Origin: a virus
Virus record (IMG/VR): IMGVR_UViG_3300045988_112906
DNA length: 64,000 nt
Strand: one strand, 5' to 3'
The position numbers were made by a program, and so were the translations under genes. Of the stretch, positions 47,068 to 54,746 are shown piece by piece. Within the stretch, counting starts at the first letter, position 1. The number at the start of each line of letters is the position of its first letter. The notes beneath the pieces were generated by a model. It saw only the letters and a list, made by a program, of their open reading frames with translations. It did no database searches and had not been told where the DNA came from.

Positions 47068-47439
47068 CTACTTCTCCTTATCGAATTTATTACCTACAAT
47101 CGTTACTGATAGTCCACTTTTCACCAAATTACAAAGCAGACATTCTGTATATTTTCCAAACTTAGCATAGAAAGCTCCGTCTTTAAATACAACTTCACCT
47201 TCGCCATCAAAGCCAATAATGTCACCTTCAAAAATAGGCACATCGTTGGTGTCTTTCAGTCCTGTGAATTGGCAGACTGTAGAAGGGTCAACTTCATAAG
47301 TGATATTTCTGTTGAACATACTTTCTTTCTGACAATTTTCGATGATGTAGGCATTACCACATTCGGAATAAAAGTAACCTTCTACCCAAGTGTTGTCATC
47401 AATACGTTTAGCCTTGAACTTGATATTTTCTACTTTCAT
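47068..47439 (-). CDS. YopX-like protein
   Basis: The N-terminal pattern KFKAKRIDDNTWVEGYFY and the DIIGFDGEG segment are typical of the YopX family. Judged by eye. Confidence 0.6.
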   Translation of the reverse strand: MKVENIKFKAKRIDDNTWVEGYFYSECGNAYIIENCQKESMFNRNITYEVDPSTVCQFTGLKDTNDVPIFEGDIIGFDGEGEVVFKDGAFYAKFGKYTECLLCNLVKSGLSVTIVGNKFDKEK

Positions 47440-47451
47440 AAGCTATAATTC

Positions 47452-47742
47452 TTATTTTTCCATTTCAACACGCATCAGAAAATTGTCAGCAAAGTTTTCA
47501 AAATCAAACTTGCCACCTATTGTTCCATGAAAGCGATACTTAGTGAAGCACTTTTTGCACTCACAGACCATCATATAGCCATGAGGAGTATCACACCACC
47601 CAATAATATTTCTAGCGTGATAACTACAACTTTTATTATCACACTCCTCATTAGGACAATTAAGTCCCTCACTATACTCTATAGACTCCCAATTACTAAT
47701 CTTCATCGGGAGCATTTCTTCCATTAAGCTTTTGTCTGCCAT
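47452..47742 (-). CDS. Cys-rich (zinc-ribbon-like) small protein
   Basis: CPNEEC...CSYH...CECKKC. Confidence 0.6.
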   Translation of the reverse strand: MADKSLMEEMLPMKISNWESIEYSEGLNCPNEECDNKSCSYHARNIIGWCDTPHGYMMVCECKKCFTKYRFHGTIGGKFDFENFADNFLMRVEMEK

Positions 47743-47944
47743 ATTCTCTTCTTTTTACCCTCCCCATGATGTTATCAAAATAATAACGGATTGGAGTCTT
47801 TATGAGCCTTTCACTCATTAACGTTCTTCGATGTGTACTAAATGCTTGATACCTTTTCCACATAAGAGTGCTCTGAGGTGAATTGTCAAGCGGTAATTGA
47901 TATTTTACGGCTACACCTAATGCCAACCAATCTAATTCGAGCAC
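47696..47944 (-). CDS. Hypothetical protein
   Basis: 82-aa ORF overlapping the next gene by 47 nt. Confidence 0.35.
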   Translation of the reverse strand: MLELDWLALGVAVKYQLPLDNSPQSTLMWKRYQAFSTHRRTLMSERLIKTPIRYYFDNIMGRVKRREYGRQKLNGRNAPDED

Positions 47945-47990
47945 GGCTTTTTCATTATTATCTTAATTTCACCAAGGTGAGGGTGGTTAG

Positions 47991-48140
47991 TTACTCTGTT
48001 ATCACTACATCAAAATCTTCAAATTCACAATTCTGTTCTACAATATCTTCTTTAATAGCATTTTTGATACTATAAAGATATTCTTCCGCCTTGTCTAATT
48101 CTTTACCTCTCAGAATTACTTTAAAAGAAATTTCTTCCAT
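47991..48140 (-). CDS. 49-aa acidic hypothetical protein (not in the ORF track)
   Basis: MEEISFKVILRGKELDKAEEYLYSIKNAIKEDIVEQNCEFEDFDVVITE. Preceded by a conserved 16-mer. Confidence 0.4.
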   Translation of the reverse strand: MEEISFKVILRGKELDKAEEYLYSIKNAIKEDIVEQNCEFEDFDVVITE

Positions 48141-48175
48141 ATTACTTCTATTTATATCCTTTACAGGATGGTTAG

Positions 48176-49027
48176 TTACTCATTAACTTCAACAAACTTT
48201 CCGTTTTTAAGTTGATACCAAGTATCAGCCTTGATATTCTCTCCATCAACGTACTCTGTCTTAACACATACTGGAACATTACGTTTCTTTTTATCGCTCC
48301 ATTTCCATTCTGCCAGCGTTATCCATGAGCCAACCTTTGCTTTCGCTATTGAACTGTTGCCAGCACACATAATAACGGAATCTTCTCCAGTGCTACCAAT
48401 CTTAGCAGAGTAGCCCGATGAACCAATCTTAGCATAGTCGCCCGATGAACCAATCTGAGCATAGTAGCCCGATGAACCAATCTGAGCAGAGTAGCCCGAT
48501 GAACCAATCTGAGCAGAGTTGCCCGATGAACCAATCTGAGCAGAGTCGCCCGATGAACCAATCTGAGCAGAGTCGCCCGATGAGCCAATCTGAGCAGAGT
48601 AGCCCGATGAACCAATCTTAGCATAGTCGCCCGATGAACCAATCTGTTTTCTTCGGTCTCCGTTGTCGTTCAACTCACCATCTGTCTTAACTTTAGATGT
48701 TGATGTAATATCTTTCAGCCACTCGACACCGATATTAATGATGTCAGCAAGCTTCAACTCAGCCTTAATCTTGATACGAGAAGAGCATACCTTTGTTGAA
48801 TTTTCTTCTTTATCAATCTTACCAGACTGTTCTACCTCTGCATAGCGAGAGCTAAGCATATCGTAGTAGTCCCACACTTCCATTGGAGACTTGCAAGCGT
48901 GGAAACCTTGTTTGCAACACTTGATTTCTCCGTCCATTTCATACTCTTTTCCTACTTCGTACTGAAATCCATGGCATTTCATATTCTTGTCGAATCCCTT
49001 GTACGATGTGATTACATTTTCACTCAT
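48176..49027 (-). CDS. Repeat protein with about 9 copies of a 9-aa unit (IGSSGxxAQ)
   Basis: A globular Cys/His-containing N-terminal domain followed by nonapeptide repeats. Confidence 0.7.
   Translation of the reverse strand: MSENVITSYKGFDKNMKCHGFQYEVGKEYEMDGEIKCCKQGFHACKSPMEVWDYYDMLSSRYAEVEQSGKIDKEENSTKVCSSRIKIKAELKLADIINIGVEWLKDITSTSKVKTDGELNDNGDRRKQIGSSGDYAKIGSSGYSAQIGSSGDSAQIGSSGDSAQIGSSGNSAQIGSSGYSAQIGSSGYYAQIGSSGDYAKIGSSGYSAKIGSTGEDSVIMCAGNSSIAKAKVGSWITLAEWKWSDKKKRNVPVCVKTEYVDGENIKADTWYQLKNGKFVEVNE
48396..48645 (-). repeat. 27-bp tandem repeat, about 9.3 copies, in-frame and coding
   Basis: The unit is ccaatct(g/t)agca(g/t)ag(t)(a/c/t)gcccgatgaa. Confidence 0.9.
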
Positions 49028-49058
49028 ATTCTATCTATTTATATCCTTTGTAGAATGA

Positions 49059-49364
49059 TTAATCAATCTTCTTGATGCTACCAATTTCCATACTCAATAG
49101 AACAAACTCTCTATTGGAGCGAGTTCCATCTTTCTTAGTAGGATTGATTCTTACATCAATCTCGCCAGTATAACCTTTATAACCACGCTTTGGAACAATG
49201 CTTGCAATCCAACAAACATCACATCTGGAGCAGCTAACTTTGTCTCCAACTTTGTATGGAAGACTTTCTATGTAATCATTTACGTAAGAACAAATCTCAT
49301 TGTTAGCATCATTGATAATGCTTAGTTGCTTGGCAACCTTTACTTTTAATTCTTCCTTTGTCAT
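49059..49364 (-). CDS. Early-region hypothetical protein
   Basis: ATG 49364 (MTKEELK...) is preferred over the tracked start. Confidence 0.55.
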   Translation of the reverse strand: MTKEELKVKVAKQLSIINDANNEICSYVNDYIESLPYKVGDKVSCSRCDVCWIASIVPKRGYKGYTGEIDVRINPTKKDGTRSNREFVLLSMEIGSIKKID

Positions 49365-49390
49365 ATCTTTAAAATTTATGCCCGAAAGCG

Positions 49391-49522
49391 TTAAACATCT
49401 ATTTGATTTGCACACTCTTCTGTTTCATCAGGAACAGATAACTGATCCCACATATCACATTTATCTTTGTCATTATAGATACAAGGTCTGTGACAGATTC
49501 CTCTAATATCTTCTCTTAACAT
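49391..49522 (-). CDS. 43-aa Cys-containing micro-protein (not in the ORF track)
   Basis: MLREDIRGICHRPCIYNDKDKCDMWDQLSVPDETEECANQIDV. Its start lies in TAGGTATG. Confidence 0.4.
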   Translation of the reverse strand: MLREDIRGICHRPCIYNDKDKCDMWDQLSVPDETEECANQIDV

Positions 49523-49524
49523 AC

Positions 49525-50025
49525 CTACACCTCCATTTCGTGATTAATACCAAGACCGAAGAGAAGATGTTGGAGTTCATGGACATAATGAACTTCAAAT
49601 TTTAATGTCTCTCCACGCATATCTATAACCCAACCATCCTTCTTATTTTGATAATAAAGCTGAAAACATGTATAATTGACTTCATCATTTTCATCACCTC
49701 CCATAAATGCTTCTGATAAAGAAAATACACTTCCGTCTTTTTCTTCTTTATCCCATACATTCTTCTCTAGAATCTCTGGAGTAATAGGGATAGGAACAAT
49801 ATCCTTAACCCAAGCACAGCAATCTCCGAAGAGATAACCTTTGTCTCCAAATTCAACACCTTCAAGATTCTCTAAGCGAACAACACCTTTCATAACCGTT
49901 CCATCGTCCAACTTCAAAGTCTTTGATGGGTCTGATGATGTTACTCGGTAAACGACATCCTGTTCTGTACCTAGTGGTGCTCCGTTTGTCATTACCAAAT
50001 CTCCTGGAATATATAACTTATCCAT
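49525..50025 (-). CDS. Early-region hypothetical protein
   Basis: 166-aa ORF. Its start lies in TAAAGCGTATG. Confidence 0.65.
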   Translation of the reverse strand: MDKLYIPGDLVMTNGAPLGTEQDVVYRVTSSDPSKTLKLDDGTVMKGVVRLENLEGVEFGDKGYLFGDCCAWVKDIVPIPITPEILEKNVWDKEEKDGSVFSLSEAFMGGDENDEVNYTCFQLYYQNKKDGWVIDMRGETLKFEVHYVHELQHLLFGLGINHEMEV

Positions 50026-50030
50026 ACGCT

Positions 50031-50309
50031 TTACTTTTCAAGTTTCTTAATCAATGCCTTAATCTTATCGCAAATCAAAGAATCGTCACATATGGTTCTA
50101 ATATACTTCAAATCCTTGATTATCTCATGGTTGGTAGGTACACCATGCTTCTTTCTTACCCATTCAATGAACTCTGGAATTACGACATTATAACTTTCCA
50201 AATATCTACTTTCTCTGCCATTGTAAGACAGAAGATAGTGGTTCTTTCTTGTTAAGAGCCACCACAAAGCGATTAACTTGTTCTTGATATTTAATAATTT
50301 CTGTTTCAT
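50031..50309 (-). CDS. Early-region hypothetical protein
   Basis: 92-aa ORF. Confidence 0.6.
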   Translation of the reverse strand: MKQKLLNIKNKLIALWWLLTRKNHYLLSYNGRESRYLESYNVVIPEFIEWVRKKHGVPTNHEIIKDLKYIRTICDDSLICDKIKALIKKLEK

Positions 50310-50314
50310 GTTCT

Positions 50315-50485
50315 TTACTCCTTAATACTATCTAGTTCTGACATAAAAGTTACTATAAAACCCAAAAGGGTGATGAATACAAACAGACCTATGACGTCTG
50401 TCTTGAACAGAAAGTAGCCGTACAATTCCAATACTCCGATCAATAAGTATGTAATACTTACAAGAAGTAGCTTAAATACTTTCAT
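50315..50485 (-). CDS. Two-TM micro-protein (56 aa)
   Basis: MKVFKLLLVSITYLLIGVLELYGYFLF...LFVFITLLGFIVTF. Confidence 0.5.
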   Translation of the reverse strand: MKVFKLLLVSITYLLIGVLELYGYFLFKTDVIGLFVFITLLGFIVTFMSELDSIKE

Positions 50486-50497
50486 ATTATTATTCAA

Positions 50498-50659
50498 TTA
50501 AAATGCAATTCTAAAATCCTTACCTTTCAAAGTAGGTCTCTTTTTGAGGACGAACTTCTCTAAATCTTCAAAATCAATCGGGAAGAGCGCACAATATTTA
50601 TACTTTAATGTGCAGACGAATCTTCCGTTGAGCATAACATCAAATACAAATGTTTTCAT
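50498..50659 (-). CDS. 53-aa hypothetical protein (not in the ORF track)
   Basis: Shares an ATGA start/stop overlap with the upstream gene. Confidence 0.4.
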   Translation of the reverse strand: MKTFVFDVMLNGRFVCTLKYKYCALFPIDFEDLEKFVLKKRPTLKGKDFRIAF

Positions 50660-50880
50660 TGATTATCTCCTTTCCTTGAAACTTCTTCAATTAAAATCTC
50701 AGCTTCTTCTGCCGACTCTCTTGCGAGATTTCGTATATGTGCTTTACGTTCAGCATTGGAGCATGCGCCTCTATGGTCGTAATCTTCACCACATCTTCTT
50801 ACTTTATTAATAAACAACTCTGATGCTGTATTAAATAAAGTTTTTGTTTTGAATCCTTCTACATTAATCTTCACTCCCAT
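50656..50880 (-). CDS. Early-region hypothetical protein
   Basis: Likely start at ATG 50880 (MGVKINVEG...). Confidence 0.5.
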   Translation of the reverse strand: MGVKINVEGFKTKTLFNTASELFINKVRRCGEDYDHRGACSNAERKAHIRNLARESAEEAEILIEEVSRKGDNQ

Positions 50881-51247
50881 ATTCTTCCTGCATTTTTTTG
50901 ATTTCACTTACGAAAAGATTGACGTTGATGTCGCAATCTATCACTTCCTGGTGGTGCTTGACGGCATCTTCTATCAGATGTGTGCATGACTCGGTGAAGC
51001 CACAAATGTGATCGCCCTCTATGCTATAGAGATAGCGGTTCGTGTTGTAATAGGCACACTGGCAAAGCTTGATGCCATTTTGTGATAACACCTCTCTGAC
51101 TGCGGCGTTGTTGATGCGAAGCACTACCAGCTTGCTTTTTGAGGCGTAGTACTTGTGGTATTTGATGCGGTCGTAGGCTACGACTGCGATAGCCATCAAC
51201 CATAAGATAGCTGTTACGATAGCTATGTCTGTCTGTAATGTATTCAT
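50864..51247 (-). CDS. N-terminally membrane-anchored hypothetical protein
   Basis: TM helix IAIVTAILWLMAIAVVAY. Confidence 0.6.
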   Translation of the reverse strand: MNTLQTDIAIVTAILWLMAIAVVAYDRIKYHKYYASKSKLVVLRINNAAVREVLSQNGIKLCQCAYYNTNRYLYSIEGDHICGFTESCTHLIEDAVKHHQEVIDCDINVNLFVSEIKKMQEEYGSED

Positions 51248-51265
51248 AAGTTTGTTACGTTTTAA

Positions 51266-52003
51266 TTATTTCTGTTCTTTACGTCTGTCTTGGCGATAGA
51301 ACTTCCGTTCTGCCATCTTCCGCTCTTCTTCGGTCTTGTAAAGCACCTGATTAACATCATGCTTGCTCATATCTACGGTATGAATGCGATGGGTGGCAGG
51401 ATCCAGACCGTTCTTCTCGCAATAAATCTTCCAAGCTTCCACGCCATGTGGGTTCTTGGCTTCTTCGGCTGCTTTTCTGATTTCCTCTGCCCTTCTGCGC
51501 TCATCGTCCTGTCTTCCACGCTCTGCCAGCATATCCTGCTCGTATTTGTTGAGCGCTTCGATAATATCCTGCGGATTGATGGTCGTGTTGTTATCATCGT
51601 GCTTGTGCTGGAACAGCTTGCCGTACTTTCCATCCATGATGGTGACAAAGGCATAGTCCAGTTCGGTGGTGGTCCAATAATGATACTTGGCACAGATTCT
51701 TGCGGCAAGCATCTGAACCTGATACTCCGTAACGATGTCGAAGACTCCGAGATAGGTGAAAAGTTCTATCAGTTTGCCCTTGACCCAGCCAACAAGACTA
51801 GGCAATCCTCTCTGCATGCGGACGGAAAGCAAAGTGGTGCTGCTCTTGGTGCAGGCATCAGCGAAGGAAGTAGGACGAATATAGTCCGGCTTATCCTTGA
51901 TAATCGGAACCAAGGATTCTTGCTGCCTTTGCTGCAAGATTGTTTGCTCTCTGTTGTTCATTGCTCTGTACTGGATAAATTTCATCCTCCCATCTTGCTC
52001 CAT
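51266..52003 (-). CDS. Hypothetical protein (possibly replication-associated)
   Basis: 245-aa ORF with a basic/acidic C-terminal tail. Its 5' end overlaps the upstream ORF, so the start is uncertain. Confidence 0.55.
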   Translation of the reverse strand: MEQDGRMKFIQYRAMNNREQTILQQRQQESLVPIIKDKPDYIRPTSFADACTKSSTTLLSVRMQRGLPSLVGWVKGKLIELFTYLGVFDIVTEYQVQMLAARICAKYHYWTTTELDYAFVTIMDGKYGKLFQHKHDDNNTTINPQDIIEALNKYEQDMLAERGRQDDERRRAEEIRKAAEEAKNPHGVEAWKIYCEKNGLDPATHRIHTVDMSKHDVNQVLYKTEEERKMAERKFYRQDRRKEQK

Positions 52004-52388
52004 TCAGATAAGTGAGAGGGTGCATTCTATATTGTTTTCTGGAACCATCTGATACGGAACCTGGAATAACCGTGTTCGCCACATAAGCAGGAACGGCTCT
52101 CATGCAGGCTGTCTTTTCGAAAGGTTTCAATCTATTCCACTTCTCTTCTGCTTTCTTGCGTCCCTTCTTGTACGCATAGGCATCCCAAAAGTCTTGGAAG
52201 GTTGGTATTGGAAACGTTACCTGCAAGTCCACGGTCTCCACCTCGTTCTCTTCCGGGAACATCGGCTTCTCCTTGTAATACTTGCCGGTTGCCATGAATC
52301 TTGCGCCATTCACAAATGCGTCACGCATGGCTTCGTTGTCGGGGGCATAGTTGTTAGCCTCGGCAATGACTTCCTTTAATGTTTTCAT
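51891..52388 (-). CDS. Hypothetical protein with an FW..Y..K.GRKKAEEKW motif (possibly replication initiation)
   Basis: The start lies in AGCTTATG. The functional suggestion is a guess. Confidence 0.5.
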   Translation of the reverse strand: MKTLKEVIAEANNYAPDNEAMRDAFVNGARFMATGKYYKEKPMFPEENEVETVDLQVTFPIPTFQDFWDAYAYKKGRKKAEEKWNRLKPFEKTACMRAVPAYVANTVIPGSVSDGSRKQYRMHPLTYLNGARWEDEIYPVQSNEQQRANNLAAKAARILGSDYQG

Positions 52389-52408
52389 AAGCTTGTAGTT
52401 TTTATGAG

Positions 52409-52840
52409 TTATACCCACCCCTTGTTGGAGTCTATATCCATCTGACAATACTTCTTCGCCAGCTCATCATCCTGCTCGGGAAGCGGAATACCTATGCTGT
52501 TGGCATAGTCGGCAACGTTTCTGATTACTGATGAGGCTTCTGCGGTATCAAGGAAACCAAGGGGCTTGAATCTTGGAAAGCCCTTGGAATCATATTCGCC
52601 AGTCATGAAGATGTGAGGGGCTACATTCTTCTGAATCTCACTGAGAGTCTGATAGAACGTCTGCCCTATCTGTCCGGATAGATACGTGATGATGAAGTTG
52701 AGATAAGCCTTCTGCTGGTCGGTGGCTATAGGATGAAACTTCTTGATTTCCAAACTATAGCCTGCTGACTTAGCCTTCACTATCTCCTTCAATGCAGCCA
52801 TATAGCTGCGAGGATCGTTTAAATTCTTGAATACTGCCAT
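52409..52840 (-). CDS. Early-region hypothetical protein
   Basis: ATG 52840 is preferred; it lies 1 nt after the MBL gene's stop codon. Confidence 0.55.
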   Translation of the reverse strand: MAVFKNLNDPRSYMAALKEIVKAKSAGYSLEIKKFHPIATDQQKAYLNFIITYLSGQIGQTFYQTLSEIQKNVAPHIFMTGEYDSKGFPRFKPLGFLDTAEASSVIRNVADYANSIGIPLPEQDDELAKKYCQMDIDSNKGWV

Positions 52841-52841
52841 A

Positions 52842-53567
52842 TCAAATAAGATTGATGATTTTTCCACTCTTGGCATAGTACGTTGGTACGCCTATTACCT
52901 GTTGGAACTTGTTTACTGCCAGGACTGGATTGAGGTGTCGGGAGGAACCGTGAATGAGGATGATTTGGTGGGCAGACTGCTCTGCCTTGCAATCCTGCAA
53001 CCACGAAACGGCATGTTCGAGACTCATGTGGGATAAGCGAACACGATCAGCCTGACTTCGTGGAGTCTTGCCTTCTGCTACTGCCTTGTCTAGGAGTTCA
53101 TCCGAATAGTTACACTCTGTAAGATAGGTATTGCAACCTTGGATAACGAAATGCAGATTGTAGCAATCCGTGGCAAAGAAGATGGTTCCGATTTCCTTAT
53201 GATGAATCAGATAGCCGTAATTTGGTGCATCCTCATCATGCTTTACAAAAAAAGGTGTGGCACTAAATTCACCAAAACAATGAGTACACTCGCAACCCAA
53301 AGTCCTTACGCAATTAGGGAAATGTTGCGATACGTTGGCGTTGGAATAAACTACAATTCCAGCCTTATCATATTCCTTGATATACTTGGCATGGTCTGAA
53401 TGCCGATGAGAACACAAGCATGCCTCTACCTTACTCGTCTTGTAACCGATAGCTCTCTTCACTTCTTTCAAGGGTATGCCTGCTTCAATCAGCAGGATTT
53501 CTCCCGAATCTGATTGAAGGGCATACGAATTGCCTTTTGATGATGAACCTATAATGATTAGCTTCAT
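52842..53567 (-). CDS. Metallo-beta-lactamase-fold nuclease/hydrolase
   Basis: HRHSDH (the HxHxDH motif). Adjacent to recT. Confidence 0.7.
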   Translation of the reverse strand: MKLIIIGSSSKGNSYALQSDSGEILLIEAGIPLKEVKRAIGYKTSKVEACLCSHRHSDHAKYIKEYDKAGIVVYSNANVSQHFPNCVRTLGCECTHCFGEFSATPFFVKHDEDAPNYGYLIHHKEIGTIFFATDCYNLHFVIQGCNTYLTECNYSDELLDKAVAEGKTPRSQADRVRLSHMSLEHAVSWLQDCKAEQSAHQIILIHGSSRHLNPVLAVNKFQQVIGVPTYYAKSGKIINLI

Positions 53568-53568
53568 A

Positions 53569-54471
53569 CTAGCTCAACTTAAACTTCTTGGTTTCGGTCT
53601 GAGCCTCTGGATCCTCGCCAGCTGGCTGCTTGATTTCACCAGTCTCAGCATCAACCACGATTACTTTCTTTGCTTCGGCAAATTCCTCGTCTCGCTGAAC
53701 GATGGCAGAAGGAGCCTCATCAAGGTTTGTGATGTCATTTGATTCGATAGAGAGTTCTCCCCACTTCGACAGGAGTCTTCTGAGGACAGTCTTGATAGCC
53801 ATACTTTCGAAGTTGGAATACCATCCTACTCCTTCGCCACTTCCGTTGGCAGCCTGCTTGAGAGCCATTTCCTTCAGCTTCTCAGCATCAACCTTTTCGC
53901 TGAACTTAACGGTAGGACTATACTGCTTTGCATAGCGGCATACCTCATCAAGAGTCATATAGAGAAGTTTGGTGAGACCATCCTTCTTCTTGAAGTAGGC
54001 GAAGTAACCGATTGGAGTATTTGAAATCTGAGCACCCGAAAGGTCAAGCTTTCCTGTAACCTTGTCGTAATGGTTGAACTCGCCTTCATATACGACGTCA
54101 GCGTTGATTGTCTCGTACTTGCCAGTACGCATAGCCAACTGGAGATAACCCTTCGTACCGATAACGAGCGTAGGAGTCATTACTCCTTTGTTCTTGAACG
54201 GAAGGAGATACGCCTGTCCTAACTGCTTATTGAGAGGCAAGCGAAGGGAGGCTGCTTTCAGAGCCTCAGCCATCAAATCATTCGGTTTGCACTGGAGCAA
54301 CTTTTCATCGGAAGAAAAGATTTCCATAAGTGAGGTGCAAAAGGCACCTTTGTTCTCTTTAAGTGAACTCTGCAAAAGGGTCTGGTAATAACTATTGTTC
54401 ATTACCGCCTGAAAGTTCTTTACTGCTAAAGCCTTCTGTGAAGGCTGATTTGCTACTGCTGTTTCTGCCAT
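53569..54471 (-). CDS. recT: RecT-family single-strand annealing protein
   Basis: GTKGYLQLAMRTGKY and overall RecT-like sequence character. Judged by eye. Confidence 0.65.
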   Translation of the reverse strand: MAETAVANQPSQKALAVKNFQAVMNNSYYQTLLQSSLKENKGAFCTSLMEIFSSDEKLLQCKPNDLMAEALKAASLRLPLNKQLGQAYLLPFKNKGVMTPTLVIGTKGYLQLAMRTGKYETINADVVYEGEFNHYDKVTGKLDLSGAQISNTPIGYFAYFKKKDGLTKLLYMTLDEVCRYAKQYSPTVKFSEKVDAEKLKEMALKQAANGSGEGVGWYSNFESMAIKTVLRRLLSKWGELSIESNDITNLDEAPSAIVQRDEEFAEAKKVIVVDAETGEIKQPAGEDPEAQTETKKFKLS

Positions 54472-54473
54472 GA

Positions 54474-54716
54474 TTACTTCTCCTTATCTAATTTAAGTTC
54501 CTTTGAAATCCCAAGAAGGACAAGCGTTGCCATTGCCGCTCCCATTTCAGGGGTATCGCAAATTACGCTAGCAGGAAGCTCAACGCTATCATGCTCGTTA
54601 ATCCACGTTTTTACAATGCTTGATGGTGTGTTGTCTTTCATACCTCCACCTATTGCAAGCATACCCTTCACTAGGTCTTTATCGACCTCTACAGTCAACT
54701 TAATATTTTCTGCCAT
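54474..54716 (-). CDS. Hypothetical small protein
   Basis: 80-aa ORF. Confidence 0.55.
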   Translation of the reverse strand: MAENIKLTVEVDKDLVKGMLAIGGGMKDNTPSSIVKTWINEHDSVELPASVICDTPEMGAAMATLVLLGISKELKLDKEK

Positions 54717-54746
54717 GATTTATATTTTTAACAAATTCTACTTCAT

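Noticed and set aside
48396-48645. A CRISPR-like array.
   Set aside because: The 27-bp units are directly adjacent with no spacers. They are in-frame within a long ORF and encode a nonapeptide repeat.
51891-52003. A programmed frameshift joining ORFs 51891..52388 and 51266..52003, which overlap by 113 nt.
   Set aside because: I found no slippery heptamer or downstream structure in the overlap. Alternative internal start codons explain the overlap equally well. The question is left open but is not reported as a finding.
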